DNA from: a candidate division FCPU426 bacterium
GTDB lineage: Bacteria > Oederibacteriota > Muellerivitia > Muellerivitales > Muellerivitaceae
Assembly: GCA_963771075.1 (NCBI GenBank)
Contig: CAVYSE010000026.1
Coordinates: forward strand, 1 to 64,000
Length of the DNA stretch: 64,000 bases
Reading direction: 5' to 3'
This document shows, piece after piece, positions 49,816 to 59,500 of this stretch. Position 1 is the stretch's first letter; each line of letters starts with the position of its first letter. The notes under the pieces were generated by a model. That model had not been told where the DNA came from, did no database searches, and saw nothing but the letters and a program-made list of their open reading frames with translations. The translations under genes and the position numbers were made by a program.

Positions 49816-50484
49816 TCAGCCTTCCGCCCGGTCCCTCAAACCTTCCGTATCCTTCAGGCTCACTTGATGCTTTTTGTCGATAGAAATCAACCCCTCCGTT
49901 TCCAGCCGGGTGAAGGCGCGTGAGACCACTTCGCGGACGGAGCCTAGCCGGGCGGCCAAAACCGAATTATTGGGCAGGGTAAAACTTTTGCCCTTTTTTT
50001 CCGTGAATTCCTGAAGCAGGTAAACCGCCAGCCTTTGGTCCACTTCCTTCAAAGAGAGGGATTCGGCTAAGGCGGCAGCCTTGCGAAGTCGGCCCGCCAG
50101 GAGTTTTACCGCCGCGAGGGCTATTTCAGGGTGCTTCAAAAAGAGACGCTTTACGTTTTCCCTGGAAATAAAAAGAACCTCGCTGTCTTCCTCCGCCATG
50201 ACCGTGGAGGGGTAGGGGTTATCGTCGAACACGGGGACTTCGGCGATGGTGGTGCCTGCTTTTTCCACATGGATGATCTGTTCCCGCCCCTCGGCGTTGC
50301 CCCGGTAGGCCCGCAAGGAACCCTGGGCGATCACATAGAGGCCCTTGGCGGATTCGCCCGCGCTGAAAAGGATTTCCCCCTTGGAGAGGCACCGGCTTAC
50401 GCAAACTATCGCCAGGGCATTTAATTGGGAGGTCGAAAGGCCACCGAAAAGCTCGGTTTTTTTTAAGGCGTCGATCTTGTTCAT
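49816..50484 (-). CDS. Crp/Fnr family transcriptional regulator (HcpR/Dnr-like)
   Basis: KGEILFSAGE..LYVIAQG..GREQII..AEVPVFD..YP; HTH LAARLGSVREVVSRAFTRLETEGLI. No FNR-type Cys cluster. Confidence 0.93.
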   Translation of the reverse strand: MNKIDALKKTELFGGLSTSQLNALAIVCVSRCLSKGEILFSAGESAKGLYVIAQGSLRAYRGNAEGREQIIHVEKAGTTIAEVPVFDDNPYPSTVMAEEDSEVLFISRENVKRLFLKHPEIALAAVKLLAGRLRKAAALAESLSLKEVDQRLAVYLLQEFTEKKGKSFTLPNNSVLAARLGSVREVVSRAFTRLETEGLISIDKKHQVSLKDTEGLRDRAEG

Positions 50485-50527
50485 GCCTTCATCATCCCAT
50501 GGGAATCGGCGGCCATAAAGCCCCTTA

Positions 50528-50541
50528 GTGACTTAAGTCAC
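50528..50541. promoter_or_regulatory. Crp/Fnr-family box GTGA-N6-TCAC (GTGACTTAAGTCAC)
   Basis: Perfect 14 bp palindrome between the divergent Crp/Fnr and ric genes. TAAAGT at 50564-50569 fits class II promoter spacing. Confidence 0.8.
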
Positions 50542-50602
50542 GGCCCAATATCTCTTTGGGCATTAAAGTCATCCCATCAAATCAGGCAAAGGGGAGGGTA
50601 GC

Positions 50603-51319
50603 ATGAAATACGAACCAACCAAAACGGTCGCGGAAATCGCCATTGAGATGCCCCAATCTATCCCGATGTTCGAAGGAAAAGGCATTGATTATTGTTGCGG
50701 GGGCCAGAAAAGCCTGCGGGAAGCTTGCGCCAAGGCGGGCGCGGATGTGAACGAGGTGGTCCGGGCTTTGGAAACAATGGGGCCGCAAAGGGAAAGCGGG
50801 GAAAGTACGGCCTCCTGGAACCGCCTAGGCCCCCTCATCCAGCACCTTTTGGACAAACACCACGCCTTTACCCGGAGCCAATTGGCCTTGTGTTCCAAGC
50901 TTGGAAGTAAGGTCATGATGGTGCACGGTCTAAAACGTCCTGAACTGACTGAAATCATGGGGCTTTTCAACCCCATGGCGGCCGAATTGGAGGAGCACTT
51001 ATTAAAGGAAGAACAGGTGGCATTCCCCTTTTTGCTGGCTTTGGAAAAACCGATAGGGGTGCCTCCCTTTCCCTTCGAGGTTTTCAAGAACGGCCCGGAG
51101 CGGGTATTGAAAGCGGACCATGAGACGGTCGGGGAGCAGTTGAGGCGCCTGAGGGCCTTGACCAAGGACTATGCTCCTCCCGAAGGCGCTTGCGTGACCT
51201 TTCAGGCTTTCTATAAATCCCTGAAAGACTTGGAAGAAGACCTGCACTTGCACATCCACCTGGAAAATAACGTGCTTTTTCCACTGGCGGAAAAAGCGGT
51301 GAAACAGGTAGCGGTTTAA
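50603..51319 (+). CDS. ric: Iron-sulfur cluster repair di-iron protein (Ric/YtfE/ScdA)
   Basis: GIDYCCGG, LDKHHAF, VHG, HLLKEEQVAFP, DHE, PPEGACVTF, LHLHIHLENNVLFP. Confidence 0.95.
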   Translation: MKYEPTKTVAEIAIEMPQSIPMFEGKGIDYCCGGQKSLREACAKAGADVNEVVRALETMGPQRESGESTASWNRLGPLIQHLLDKHHAFTRSQLALCSKLGSKVMMVHGLKRPELTEIMGLFNPMAAELEEHLLKEEQVAFPFLLALEKPIGVPPFPFEVFKNGPERVLKADHETVGEQLRRLRALTKDYAPPEGACVTFQAFYKSLKDLEEDLHLHIHLENNVLFPLAEKAVKQVAV

Positions 51320-51337
51320 CAAATAGGGATGGGGCCG

Positions 51338-51457
51338 ATGAAACGGGAGAAATACTTCTGGCCCTTGACCCAATCCCACCACCGGGCCCTCTTGGCCTCC
51401 CGGCGGGTGAGGGAGGGGCTTTTGGCTTGTCCTCCCCTGAATTGGAACGTGTTTTAA
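51338..51457 (+). pseudogene. Probable remnant of a hemerythrin-like domain gene
   Basis: MKREKYFWPLTQSHHRALLASRRVREGL resembles the N-terminus (MKRxxxLxPLSxxHHxxL) of small hemerythrin-like proteins, but stops after 39 aa. Confidence 0.5.
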
Positions 51458-51538
51458 GGAAACTGTCGATGGTGAAGGAATCCAGGGTATTGAGGATATA
51501 CTGGGGTATGGTTCCGGTTCGAATTAGGCAGGTGAAAC

Positions 51539-52327
51539 TTGTTGCCTAAAGAACACGGGGCCTGGAATGTGCTACTGGTTTGCCTGGCGGCGGGATGGGC
51601 GCTGATGGCCCGCTGGGATTGCGCCGCGCTGGCGGTCTCCCTCTTCTGGATTTCCAGCTTCATCCTCCGCGCGCCCCTGTCCACCGCCCGCCAGTACCGG
51701 ATCGCCAATCCCCCTACGGCCCGTAAAGCGTTAGCTTTCTCCCTTTTTCTCCTCATCGTTCTTGCCTTAACGGGAACCTATTTCTGGCTCAATGATCCCG
51801 TCCCTCGGTCCAAATGGATTTTTCTTGCCTCATTGCCCCTGGGGGTAGGCCTGATGATACGATCTTGGGTTGAGAAGAACATGAGGGCCATTCTGGTGGA
51901 AATGTTGGGTTTTGCCGGGATTTGCCTGATCGTGCCGATCCTTTATTATTTCAACTCGGGGGCGGATGATTCCCGAGCCTTTCTCCTTTATATTCTTTTC
52001 GCGGGTTATTTCCTTCTATCCCTTCTATATATAAAGATCCGGCAGGGATGGCTGCAACGAAGCAAACGTAATGAACAACTTGGTTTAAAAGCGAGAATTT
52101 GGGAAGGGAAGTGGATTCTTCTTTTAAATCTGGTTTTTACTTACCTTGTGTTCACTTGGCCCGGGGCGGGGTTGTGTTGGGTGGCTCCCTTTCTCGCACT
52201 AATACGCCTGTCCGTGGGATTGACGGTGGGGCGGATGGCTTTACCCATCATGAAACTGGGTTTGCGTGAAATGGCCCATTCCATTCTTTTCTTGGCCCTT
52301 GTCGTTGGATCTTTTTGCCTTTCTTGA
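51539..52327 (+). CDS. YwiC-like membrane protein
   Basis: N-terminal LPKEHGAW, about 8 TM segments, C-terminal IMKLGLRE. Confidence 0.8.
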   Translation: MLPKEHGAWNVLLVCLAAGWALMARWDCAALAVSLFWISSFILRAPLSTARQYRIANPPTARKALAFSLFLLIVLALTGTYFWLNDPVPRSKWIFLASLPLGVGLMIRSWVEKNMRAILVEMLGFAGICLIVPILYYFNSGADDSRAFLLYILFAGYFLLSLLYIKIRQGWLQRSKRNEQLGLKARIWEGKWILLLNLVFTYLVFTWPGAGLCWVAPFLALIRLSVGLTVGRMALPIMKLGLREMAHSILFLALVVGSFCLS

Positions 52328-52353
52328 CCCGATATTATTGAGGAGGTGAACCG

Positions 52354-53535
52354 ATGCGCAAACCGAAACAGGGTTTTTCCACGATGTGCGTGCATTCAGG
52401 GGAGGCCCGGGACTCGCAGGGCGGGTTGCACGCCCCCCTTTACAACCATTCAACCTTCGCTTTTCCCAACACCCGGGCCTTGTTGGATGTGGCGGAGGGG
52501 CGGGTTCCGGGAAACCTGTACACCCGTTACGGGTCCAATCCCACCGTCCGGGCGTTGGAGGCCAAGTTGGCCGCCCTTGAAGAGGGTGAGTCTGCCCTGG
52601 CTTTTGGGGCGGGGATGGCGGCGGAAACCGCGACCCTTCTCGCGCACGCCCAGCAGGGGGAGGTGCTCTGCCTGGGGGAGGTGTACGGCGGAACGTTTGA
52701 GCTTTTGAGGGAGTTTCTTCCGAAATTGGGCATCCAAACCCGGTTCGTCCACGCCTCCCAATTCGGTTTCCAGACCGATCATGTCACCCGCCGGACCAAA
52801 ATTTTGTTCTTTGAGACGCCCTCCAATCCGAACATGGAAATCATCGATATCGCCCCGGTCGCCCGGTTCGCTAAAAAACACGGGCTTCTATCCGTCATGG
52901 ACAACACCTTCGCCTCTCCCGTGAACCAGAATCCCCTATCGTTGGGGGTGGACCTGGTGATCCATAGCGCGACCAAGTACCTGGGCGGCCACAGCGACCT
53001 GACGGGAGGGGCCGTCATCGGGCCCCGAAAGCTTCTGGAACCCATTCGGCTCTGGAGAAAGTTTTTCGGCCAGGTCATGGCGCCGGACGTGGCTTTTCTG
53101 TTGCTACGCAGTTTGAAGACCTTATCGGTACGCGTGGAGCGGCAGAACCAAACCGCCCTTTCCATCGCCAAGGCCTTGAAGGGCCACCCCCGGGTCCGGT
53201 CGGTGAAGTATCCTGGCTTACCCGGCCATCCGGGTCATAAAACCGCGAAAGAACAAATGAGGGGTTTCGGTGGGATGCTAAGCTTTGAGATCAAGGGGGA
53301 CCTGCGAAGGACCGTGAGGTTCGTGGATTCGCTGAGGCTGTTTACCATCGCCCCCAGCCTGGGCGGGGTGGAAAGCCTCGTGACCCAGCCTGTCACGACC
53401 ACCCACCATGGTTTGACCCCGGCCCAAAGGGCCGAACGGGGGATCACCGATTCACTGGTCCGCCTTTCCTGCGGTTTGGAGGACGCGAAGGACCTGATGG
53501 CGGATTTGAAAAGGGCCTTAGACGTTATCTCGTGA
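52354..53535 (+). CDS. PLP-dependent Cys/Met metabolism enzyme (cystathionine gamma-synthase/lyase or methionine gamma-lyase family)
   Basis: YTRYGSNPT, FETPSNP, MDNTFASP, HSATKYLGGHSDL, SLGGVESL, LVRLSCGLED. Confidence 0.95.
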   Translation: MRKPKQGFSTMCVHSGEARDSQGGLHAPLYNHSTFAFPNTRALLDVAEGRVPGNLYTRYGSNPTVRALEAKLAALEEGESALAFGAGMAAETATLLAHAQQGEVLCLGEVYGGTFELLREFLPKLGIQTRFVHASQFGFQTDHVTRRTKILFFETPSNPNMEIIDIAPVARFAKKHGLLSVMDNTFASPVNQNPLSLGVDLVIHSATKYLGGHSDLTGGAVIGPRKLLEPIRLWRKFFGQVMAPDVAFLLLRSLKTLSVRVERQNQTALSIAKALKGHPRVRSVKYPGLPGHPGHKTAKEQMRGFGGMLSFEIKGDLRRTVRFVDSLRLFTIAPSLGGVESLVTQPVTTTHHGLTPAQRAERGITDSLVRLSCGLEDAKDLMADLKRALDVIS

Positions 53536-53823
53536 ATGTTTTGTCCGACTCCCCTCGTTACCAAGGGTTACCAAATAATTTCCCCGGTTTGGGCTGATTT
53601 AACCCGCCCATGAGCGTTTAGGGCAAGTAATCCATTACCCTTAGCCTTGAGGGCCTTTCAATCAAATCAGGGTTTCCAACGGCGAGTAGCTCCTGGATGG
53701 TTCCCCTTTTATATTTTTGTTAATTGTTGAAAAAACCTTAAAGATTATGGTTTTATTTGTTATTGTCATTGTCCTGGCAACAGCAAGATGAACCATGCCT
53801 GGGGCTTATTAGGGGAGGAAGTT

Positions 53824-54078
53824 ATGGTCCGTTTAAGGTTTTTGGCAGCGTCAGCGTTTTTTGTTTCATGGGTTTTGACGTCCGCGGCTTGGGCTCAATC
53901 GAGTTCGAACGCGGCGCCCTTGGGAAGCAAGTCCAATCCCATCCCGGTAGTCGCGGTTGGAACGCCTATCGCGTCTTCCACTCCGGGAGCCAAGGGGGCC
54001 AAGCGGGGTTCCAAATTAAATCCCATCAAGGGCCAAGCCCATCCCCGAAAAGCAGCAACCCCTAACCCCTTTCATTAA
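53824..54078 (+). CDS. Small secreted hypothetical protein
   Basis: GGGGAGGA then ATG, signal peptide ending AWA-Q, repeated GSKxNPI. Confidence 0.5.
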   Translation: MVRLRFLAASAFFVSWVLTSAAWAQSSSNAAPLGSKSNPIPVVAVGTPIASSTPGAKGAKRGSKLNPIKGQAHPRKAATPNPFH

Positions 54079-54273
54079 TTCCTAAGGCCGTTTTTTAATC
54101 CCACGCCGGTCCGGCTTTCCTGTTCGAATCGGCCGGCAGCTTTCGCTGATGAAACAGCTGTAGCATCCATATCCACTTTTGGGAAACCGACCGGGATGAA
54201 CCGGGGTTCTCCGGAAAACACCGCCTCCCATCCAGAAATATATTGAGGGACTCGATTTGAAGACAGGCAAGCC

Positions 54274-55221
54274 GTGAGACGGTCCAACCCTCTATTGCCG
54301 CTGGCCCTTTTCCTGGCCTTGGGATCCCTATCGGTTCTATGGGCGGCCCCGGAGGAAAAGGCCTACTTGAACACGGTCATCGGCCTGGTTCACGCGGTGA
54401 ACGCGGAAGGGAAGGCTCGGCGGGTATTCGACGGCCAATGGGTCCATGCGCTGGAAACACTCCAGGTGGGGGAGAAATCCGAGGCGGTCCTTGTCTGCCC
54501 GGACGGCACCCTCCTCAGCCTGGCCTCCGGGACTCAAATGAAAATCGCGTCCCTCAAACGGCCTTCCCCCCAGGAGAAAAATTTCCTGTTCAACCTGGAC
54601 GCGGGCCGGATTTTCGCCCAAGTGAAGAAACTTTTTTCGGCCAAGTCCTCCTTCGAGATCAACGCGGGAGGTTTGATCTGCGGGGTGCGCGGCACCCAGT
54701 ACACGGTCGACTATGACCCCAAAACCAAGGCCATGAACCTGGATGTTTTTGACGGCGCGGTAAACGCCTTCAATCAAAGCGTGACCCAGCTTTTTACCGC
54801 CGGGCAGGCAGGCCATTTCGTGAACGGCCAATGGGACGGGAAGGTCGGCCAGGCCCCTCCCGCACCCAAGGGATTCGCGAAGGCGGCGGGTATCGCGGGT
54901 GGCAATGGGGGAGCGGGGAGCGGCGGTGGTTCCACCGGCAACGGAACGGGCGGCGCCGGAACCGGCCAGAATGGCGGGGGTCCTTTGGGTTCAGCCGGGC
55001 CGGGGTCGGGAAACAATGCCGCGAATTTTTCGGTCGTACCCGGGTCAGGGCAGGGCTACCAACCCAACAGTTCCCTCGGCTCCCTGAGTAACCTGAGCCT
55101 GGGGGACTTGAACACCCAATACAACCAGTTGGTTGTCATTAACCAGGACAACAACCTTTCCTCAACCCAGCTGCCAGTCCATATTCAAGTGGTGGTTCCG
55201 GCCGGGGAGGCGGTGCCATGA
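54274..55221 (+). CDS. Secreted FecR-domain protein with Gly-rich C-terminal region
   Basis: Signal peptide; VGEKSEAVL..PDGTLLSL..TQMKI..LDAGRIFAQV..FEINAGGLICGVRGTQYTV..VFDGAV. Confidence 0.85.
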   Translation: MRRSNPLLPLALFLALGSLSVLWAAPEEKAYLNTVIGLVHAVNAEGKARRVFDGQWVHALETLQVGEKSEAVLVCPDGTLLSLASGTQMKIASLKRPSPQEKNFLFNLDAGRIFAQVKKLFSAKSSFEINAGGLICGVRGTQYTVDYDPKTKAMNLDVFDGAVNAFNQSVTQLFTAGQAGHFVNGQWDGKVGQAPPAPKGFAKAAGIAGGNGGAGSGGGSTGNGTGGAGTGQNGGGPLGSAGPGSGNNAANFSVVPGSGQGYQPNSSLGSLSNLSLGDLNTQYNQLVVINQDNNLSSTQLPVHIQVVVPAGEAVP

Positions 55222-56528
55222 CCGCGCCCCTAATAAGGAAGGTTAAGTTAACCGCTATGGGTTATGAGTTGTGGAAGTTTTTGAACCTTCCGTTCAAAAA
55301 CATCAACCGCTTAATACCCGCTACTCAAAACTTAAAATTTCTTTTTCTTTTTCTTTTCGTGGTTTCGCGTATATGGGCCCAAACGGCTGACTCGACTCCG
55401 TCGGAATCAACCGCTCCAACCCCAACCGGCACAACCTCAACGGGTTCCCCCCACAAACCTTCCTGGGGATCGATGGACCTGGGAGCCCAATACGTCGGTT
55501 GGAGTTCCAGCAGTGCCTACCCCTTCAACGGCTCCGAGCTTTTGGCGCCCCTGTCCCTCGCGGTAACCCCTTGGAATGACGCCCGCCTTTACGGCCAAAC
55601 CGAGTTCGCAAACGGAAACTACACCGACTCCGTGGCGGGGACCCAGACCTTCAACCTTTCGAACCTGAGCGATACGGTCATCGGCCTGGAGGCGGGATTC
55701 AAGAGCTTTTCCATGCCTTCCATCGCCAACATCGCGGTCAACCTTCCCACGGGAAACCCCTCCTGGGAATTCGAGCAGACCAATTCCATCGTTCCCATCG
55801 AGTTCATTGACAGCGACTACCGGGGCCGGGGGTTTGGCATGAGCTTTTTATACGGCTTTTCACTGCAGGCGGGGAACGAGCAATACGGTTTCGCCGCGGG
55901 TTACCTCTTCGCGGGCGCCTTCAACCCCAATTACGGGATTTGGGCTCCGGGGGAAGCCTTGAAGCTCGGGGATTCCACCTTCCTATCCCTGAACCGCGTG
56001 GTGGACCACGGCGGAGGGGAGAATGACATCATTCGCCTCTCGGCCTTTTATTTCCTGCCCACTGAGGCCAGCGGGACCGACCTGCTCCAGATGGGGCCCA
56101 ACGTGAACGCCTCCTTCGCCTGGAACAATCCCCGGGCCTTTTCCTTCGAAGTGGGCGGGCAATATTATTTTCCCACCGCGAACGCGGACGTGAATGGGAC
56201 CCTGGTTCCCGAACCCCAAAGCGCCCTCGCCCCGCGGTTTTATTTTTATCCCAGCTACGGCCTCGGGGACCTCACCCTTTCGGGCCGGGCGAAATATATC
56301 CTGGCCAACGGCTTCGACCCCGCCAACCCGCTTTATGACGGCGGGGGTTTCCTTTTGGGAATCGGGCCTTCCTACCGGTTCAAATTGGACGCCTCTTCCG
56401 CCCTTCGGGTGAACGGGGGTTTCGATTACGTCCTATGGCAAAACGGCGGTTTTGATGAAAACGGCGGCCGGGTGAACCTTTCCTATGCCCATTGGACCTT
56501 CGGGACCCATTACGAGGTGAACCTTTGA
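55218..56528 (+). CDS. Putative outer-membrane beta-barrel protein
   Basis: Hydrophobic signal ending IWA-Q, many amphipathic aromatic strands, ends WTFGTHYEVNL. Start codon uncertain. Confidence 0.65.
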   Translation: MTAPLIRKVKLTAMGYELWKFLNLPFKNINRLIPATQNLKFLFLFLFVVSRIWAQTADSTPSESTAPTPTGTTSTGSPHKPSWGSMDLGAQYVGWSSSSAYPFNGSELLAPLSLAVTPWNDARLYGQTEFANGNYTDSVAGTQTFNLSNLSDTVIGLEAGFKSFSMPSIANIAVNLPTGNPSWEFEQTNSIVPIEFIDSDYRGRGFGMSFLYGFSLQAGNEQYGFAAGYLFAGAFNPNYGIWAPGEALKLGDSTFLSLNRVVDHGGGENDIIRLSAFYFLPTEASGTDLLQMGPNVNASFAWNNPRAFSFEVGGQYYFPTANADVNGTLVPEPQSALAPRFYFYPSYGLGDLTLSGRAKYILANGFDPANPLYDGGGFLLGIGPSYRFKLDASSALRVNGGFDYVLWQNGGFDENGGRVNLSYAHWTFGTHYEVNL

Positions 56529-59500
56529 AACCTCGTAAGAACACAAAAAACATCTCTAAGTCCTTGGTTCGGGGTTCCGGGTTTTGGAAAGGTTTGAGCC
56601 GAAGGCTCGTAAATCCCCATCCCATAAAACTTAAATCTCCCAACCTCAAACGGGTTTTCGGAATTTCGCTTTTTGCATTGGGCCTAGCCATCCTATGGGG
56701 TTGCCAGAGCAAACTTTCCCCGACCTCCCCCACTATTCCGGCCAAGACCTATAACCTGTCCCTGTCCGTGCCCTTGACGAGCCAGGTCCAGGCCAGCCTG
56801 TTGGGGGTAACGAACAATGTGGTCGATTGGAGCGTGTCGGGCCCGAGCATGGCCACCACAACGGGTTCGACCGGCTCCCTCTCCACTTCCTCCATGGGCT
56901 CGGGAAGCTTGAACCTTTCCCTTGAGGTCCCCCAGGGGTCCGCCCGGCTGATCTCCCTCCAAATGAACAACGCCAATACGAGCCAAGTGTTGGCCTTGGG
57001 AGCCTTGCAGGCGGATATTTCCGCCGGAGGCGTCAGCAACCTATCGGTAACCCTGGGATCGGTCGTTCGCAACTGCAACACCGTGGACTCCTCCTCCTTT
57101 GGGAACACGACCAGTTATTACACCTTTCAATCCGGCACCCTCCTATCCACCGCGGCGGGCGCGGACCTGGCGATCGTCCCTTCGGGGTCCAGCTTTACCC
57201 TGGCGGCCCAAGGTTCCAACAGCATCGCCTATTTGGGCAACGGACTGATCGTGAATTACGATTTTATCCCTCCGGCGGCCGCCTTCGCCTCCACCTCCAA
57301 TGGTTCCAAACAGGCGGCAGGGGCCACCCCCGCCTACCTTCAAGCCGGGGATGTCTATTGTCTTTCCCTCGGAGCAGGGGCGGCGAACGGCCATGCCTGG
57401 CTGCAGATCGAGAATCCCAACCAAAATTTCGGTTATAACGCCCCGGTCCCAACGGGCCCGGCCTTTTATTACCGGTGGAACACGACCCTTCCTTATTATG
57501 CGTACGACTTGGCGACCGCCAATAACGGCGTCACCTGCCCCACCCATGTCTTTACTCCCACCACCATCCCGACCAATACCTTTACCCCCACGGCCTCCTT
57601 TACCCCGACCTCGAGCTATACCTCGACCCTCACGCCCACCATCACCCTGACCCCGACCGCGACCTTGACGCCGACCTCGACCCTTTCCCCCTCGCCCTCC
57701 GCCACGCCTTCCGTTACCGGCACCTACACCTCCTCGCCGGTTTATACCCCCAGTTGGACGCCCACGAATAGCGCGACTCCCACCGGCACGGTGACCGGGA
57801 CCGTCACGAAAAGCCCCACACCCACTTGGACGGGTACGGAGACCCTGTCGCCCACCCTAACGGCCACCTTTACCGCTTCCGACACCCATACCACTACGCC
57901 GGTGAACACCTCCACACCGACGGCCACCATGACATCTACCTTGACGGGTACCACCACCCTGAGCCCCACGGTCACCTCCACACCCACCGTGACGCCTACC
58001 CCAACCCTGTCGCCGACGATCTCGTCCACATGGACGGTTACGGCCACCCCAACCGTTACGTCGACGGCCACGATCACCACCAGCGCCACCCCGACCTTGA
58101 CCCTCGTGAATACATCCACCCCGACCCTGGACCCGACCGCCTCCCTAACGGAAACGATCACCCTTTCACCAACCCTGACCGGAACCTTTACGCCGACGCC
58201 GTCCATTACGGCAACGCCTTCGGTGACGCCGAGCCCGACCCTGAGCGCCACCCTGGTGAACAGCCCGACCCCGACGGACACCCCAACGGCTACCCTGACG
58301 GGCACTATTACCCTGAGCCCCACGGTCACCTCCACACCCACTGTGACCGATACCCCGACCCTGTCGCCAACGGTTTCGCTCACATGGACCGTTACGGCCA
58401 CTCCCACCGTCACCTTGACCGATACCCTAACCCTTACCCCCACCTCAACTCCCACGCCGGTGAACAGCTCTACCTCTACGGCCACCCCGACCCCCACGCT
58501 GACGGAAACAATCACCCTGAGCCCGACCATTACCTCGACCCCCAGCCCGACCCAGACCGTGACGCTCACCCAGACGATATCGATGAGTCCAACGGCCACC
58601 GTAAGCGCGACTCAGACCACGACCCCCGTGAATACCGGCTCCTTTACTCCCACCCCCACCGCGACGCTGACGGGGACGGTCACCTTGACCCCCACGGTCA
58701 CTTCCACCCCCACCCCGACGAATACCGCGACCCTGTCCCCGACCCTAACCCTGACCCCCACGATCACGTCCACCCTCACCGGGACATCGACGGGTACCCC
58801 GACCCTTACCCCGACGGTCACGAATTCCCCCACCTCCACGGGAACACCGACTCCAACCGGTACGATCACCCTCACGCCCACCGTGACCAATACTTCCACC
58901 CTGACGAACACTCCTACGCCCACCCCTAGTCCCACCCCGACCGGAACGGTCACCCTGACCGAAACGGTCACCTTGACCGAAACGAACACCTTGACCGGCA
59001 CGGTGACTCCCTCTTTGACGACCACGCCCACGATCACCTCTACCCCCGCCAATTCCGCCACGGTGACCCCCACGATCACCCCCACGGCGACCGTCACTTC
59101 GACCGCGACCTACAGCCCCACCCCGGTCCCCACGCCCTCGCTGGCTTCCGCCGCGGTTTCCTGCGTCAATACGGACGGGGGCGACGGGGCCTGCCGGGTC
59201 TTCGCCCTATCCATCGCCGCCAACGGGTCCACCGGGTTCCCGGACACCAGCTACGCCCTCGTCAAGGACGTGACCAACGGCCAGAGCGTTTATGTGGGGC
59301 CCTGGTATTACAACGGCGCGGGCACGACCTTCACGGCCGACCTGAGCGGGGAATCGTTCGGGGTCACTTCCACCTCCAGCCCGGTCTCCGCGCTCCTGAG
59401 CGTGGTCCTGACGGACGCCACCAAGGGCGTCACCTACGGGGTCGTGAACCCCTCGGGCTCACCCCTGAACCTGGAGGCCCCGCCCGGCTTCCTCTACTCC

